Assembly (NCBI RefSeq): GCF_006345805.1
Contig: NC_043015.1
Span: 33,852,001 to 33,916,000 of the forward strand
Reading direction: 5' to 3'
Source of the DNA: Octopus sinensis
Taxonomy: Eukaryota
DNA: 64,000 bases
Shown here: piece by piece, positions 62,196 through 64,000 of the stretch
Numbering within the stretch: position 1 is the stretch's first letter
Layout: each line of letters starts with the position of its first letter
Notes under the pieces: generated by a model
Seen by the model: only the letters and a program-made list of their open reading frames with translations
Database searches by the model: none
Told to the model about the DNA's origin: nothing
Position numbers and translations under genes: made by a program

Positions 62196-64000
62196 TACAC
62201 ACACACAAATATGTGCACACCAGTATATATCCACACACTTGTCATAAGAATTTTAAATAGTCAATGTGGAAGTGTGTTCATGTGTGTGTGTTTGTGAGTG
62301 TGTGAGTGTACACGTGTGAAGTCCAACAGATAGACAGGCAGACAGGCAGGTGGGTAGACATGAAGCTGTGTAGATGCCAGGACAGACAAACAGAGACAGA
62401 CAGAGAAGCAAAAAAGAGAGATACAAGAGAGAACAAATGAGAGAGAAAGTGTGTGCAAGAGGGATAGAGAGAATAAAGAGAACAGGAAAGAGTGTAAGTA
62501 GACAAGAAGAAAAATGGTAAAGCAGAATGTGAGAGAGGTGGGGGGGGAGATTAAACAGTATTAAAAGAGGGAAGTCTCCATAAAAGATACACAAGCGTTT
62601 ACAATATGTCTTCTGTGGTAGGTTATTCTATTGTCTGCCAAAACAACGGGATAAATTCATTAGATCCCTGTCAAGAGAACTTTTCTCTTCATAGATTTTA
62701 ATCAATAAGATTTAGTTGGCCTTTTTAAACAATACTCAGTCAATTTTATTGATTAAATAACTTCAGGTTTCTGAGAAAATGTCTCTACAGTTTGACAATG
62801 GTTGATGGTGTGGGTTGATATTTGTGTTATGGCTGGCTTTCTCTTTGCTTCAGACAACAGGTTGTCAAGTAAACAAAATAGCAATTATCTTCGGATAACA
62901 AAGCTGGTACTTAAAAGTTCTCATTGAAATACATGTGCATATTGTTCCATTCACATTGACATACAAATGTGTGTGTGTGTATTCACACAGACATGTAGGT
63001 ATATATATGTATATGCATACATGCATGCATGCATACATGCATACATACATACATACATACATGCATAAGTACATAATGCATATATACATACATACATATT
63101 GCAATGAATGCTACAAGTATCTTGGAATTGAGGAGAATATTGCATACTAGCAGAAACACCCATCATTGACTGGGTTGAAAAAAAGCTGCCAAAATGGTAC
63201 TCTGAATATTGAAAGTTATTCACTTAGATTGTATTGAACATGGCCAGAAATGGAACTTGGGGTGGTGGGGGTCATTGTAGGAAGGTGAAATAAATGTTGT
63301 TTGAGTTAGAGTTGGTAGCACAGGAATCTGAAAGACATACAGGTGTTAAGGAATGGTCATCACAGTTATACTGATTTTATTATGGCTTTAAATGGTAAAG
63401 TTACATAATGATGGAATTGTAGTTAGAATTGTAGGTTCAAGTGGAACTTTGTTAGTGAAAGAGAAGAGATTCATGAAAATAATTACACAAGTTGTGAAGT
63501 TGTATGAGGATGATCAAATGATTCTGCTTTGATGAGAGCAACAACAGGTTTTCAGGTATAACTACAGACCCCCCCACCATCTGTTGCAACATAACTTCCA
63601 AAAAAGATGGTTACTTTTTCATGAAATTCTCAACAAATCCCACTTAGACACTGTACATTCAGAGTATATAGGAATTTACGGGAAAGAATTATTTTGAGTG
63701 GGTGTGGAGTGGAGTTTCAGAAAATTCACATGGCCCCATTTTTTCCCTCATAACTGGGTATTTTTTAATGCAAGTTTATACAGTTATCTTTGAAATGGCA
63801 TTCATTATGATTCTAAAGAAATTTGTGGATAAAATGTTCTCCGAGGGGGCGGAGAGGGGAGTTTTGAAAAAAGTCTGATCAAGAAAACCATAGAAGTTCA
63901 TTTTTTTTACTCCATCTCCCAACCGACTGATCTTCAGGATTATTTTTTGGCACTTAAAAACTATGGTGGGGTGGGGGAGCCTTTTTGATATTAAAACAAA

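Noticed and set aside
63640-64000. Possible DNA transposon or Helitron internal segment at the window edge
   Set aside because: No terminus or coding motif visible within the window.

Overview
AT-rich, microsatellite-dense animal non-coding DNA. The repeat families seen (tRNA-derived SINEs, RTE LINE tails ending in (GAT)n, a piggyBac MITE, mariner relics) suggest a coleoid cephalopod such as Octopus; that assignment is inference from recall, not a database hit. I found no intact host protein-coding gene. Nearly every ORF in the track is a microsatellite translation or a transposon relic. The window holds at least four SINE families, RTE/CR1/Tx1 LINE fragments, two internally deleted mariners with TIRs, a DD37D/maT transposase relic, a Gypsy integrase with a PPT and probable LTR, a Helitron-like 5' end and a 26-bp minisatellite. 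The most notable non-routine signals are: a lone CpG island with E2F, NRF1, ETS and YY1 motifs (33.75-34.09 kb); a relic minimal hammerhead ribozyme (58122-58166); three foldback palindromes (about 700, 315 and 160 bp); a candidate 27-nt microexon (57747-57773); SINE/LINE shared 3' tails; and two head-to-head inverted RTE insertions. I see no convincing evidence of a wholly new multi-gene system. All alignments were by eye, and boundaries of decayed repeats are approximate.
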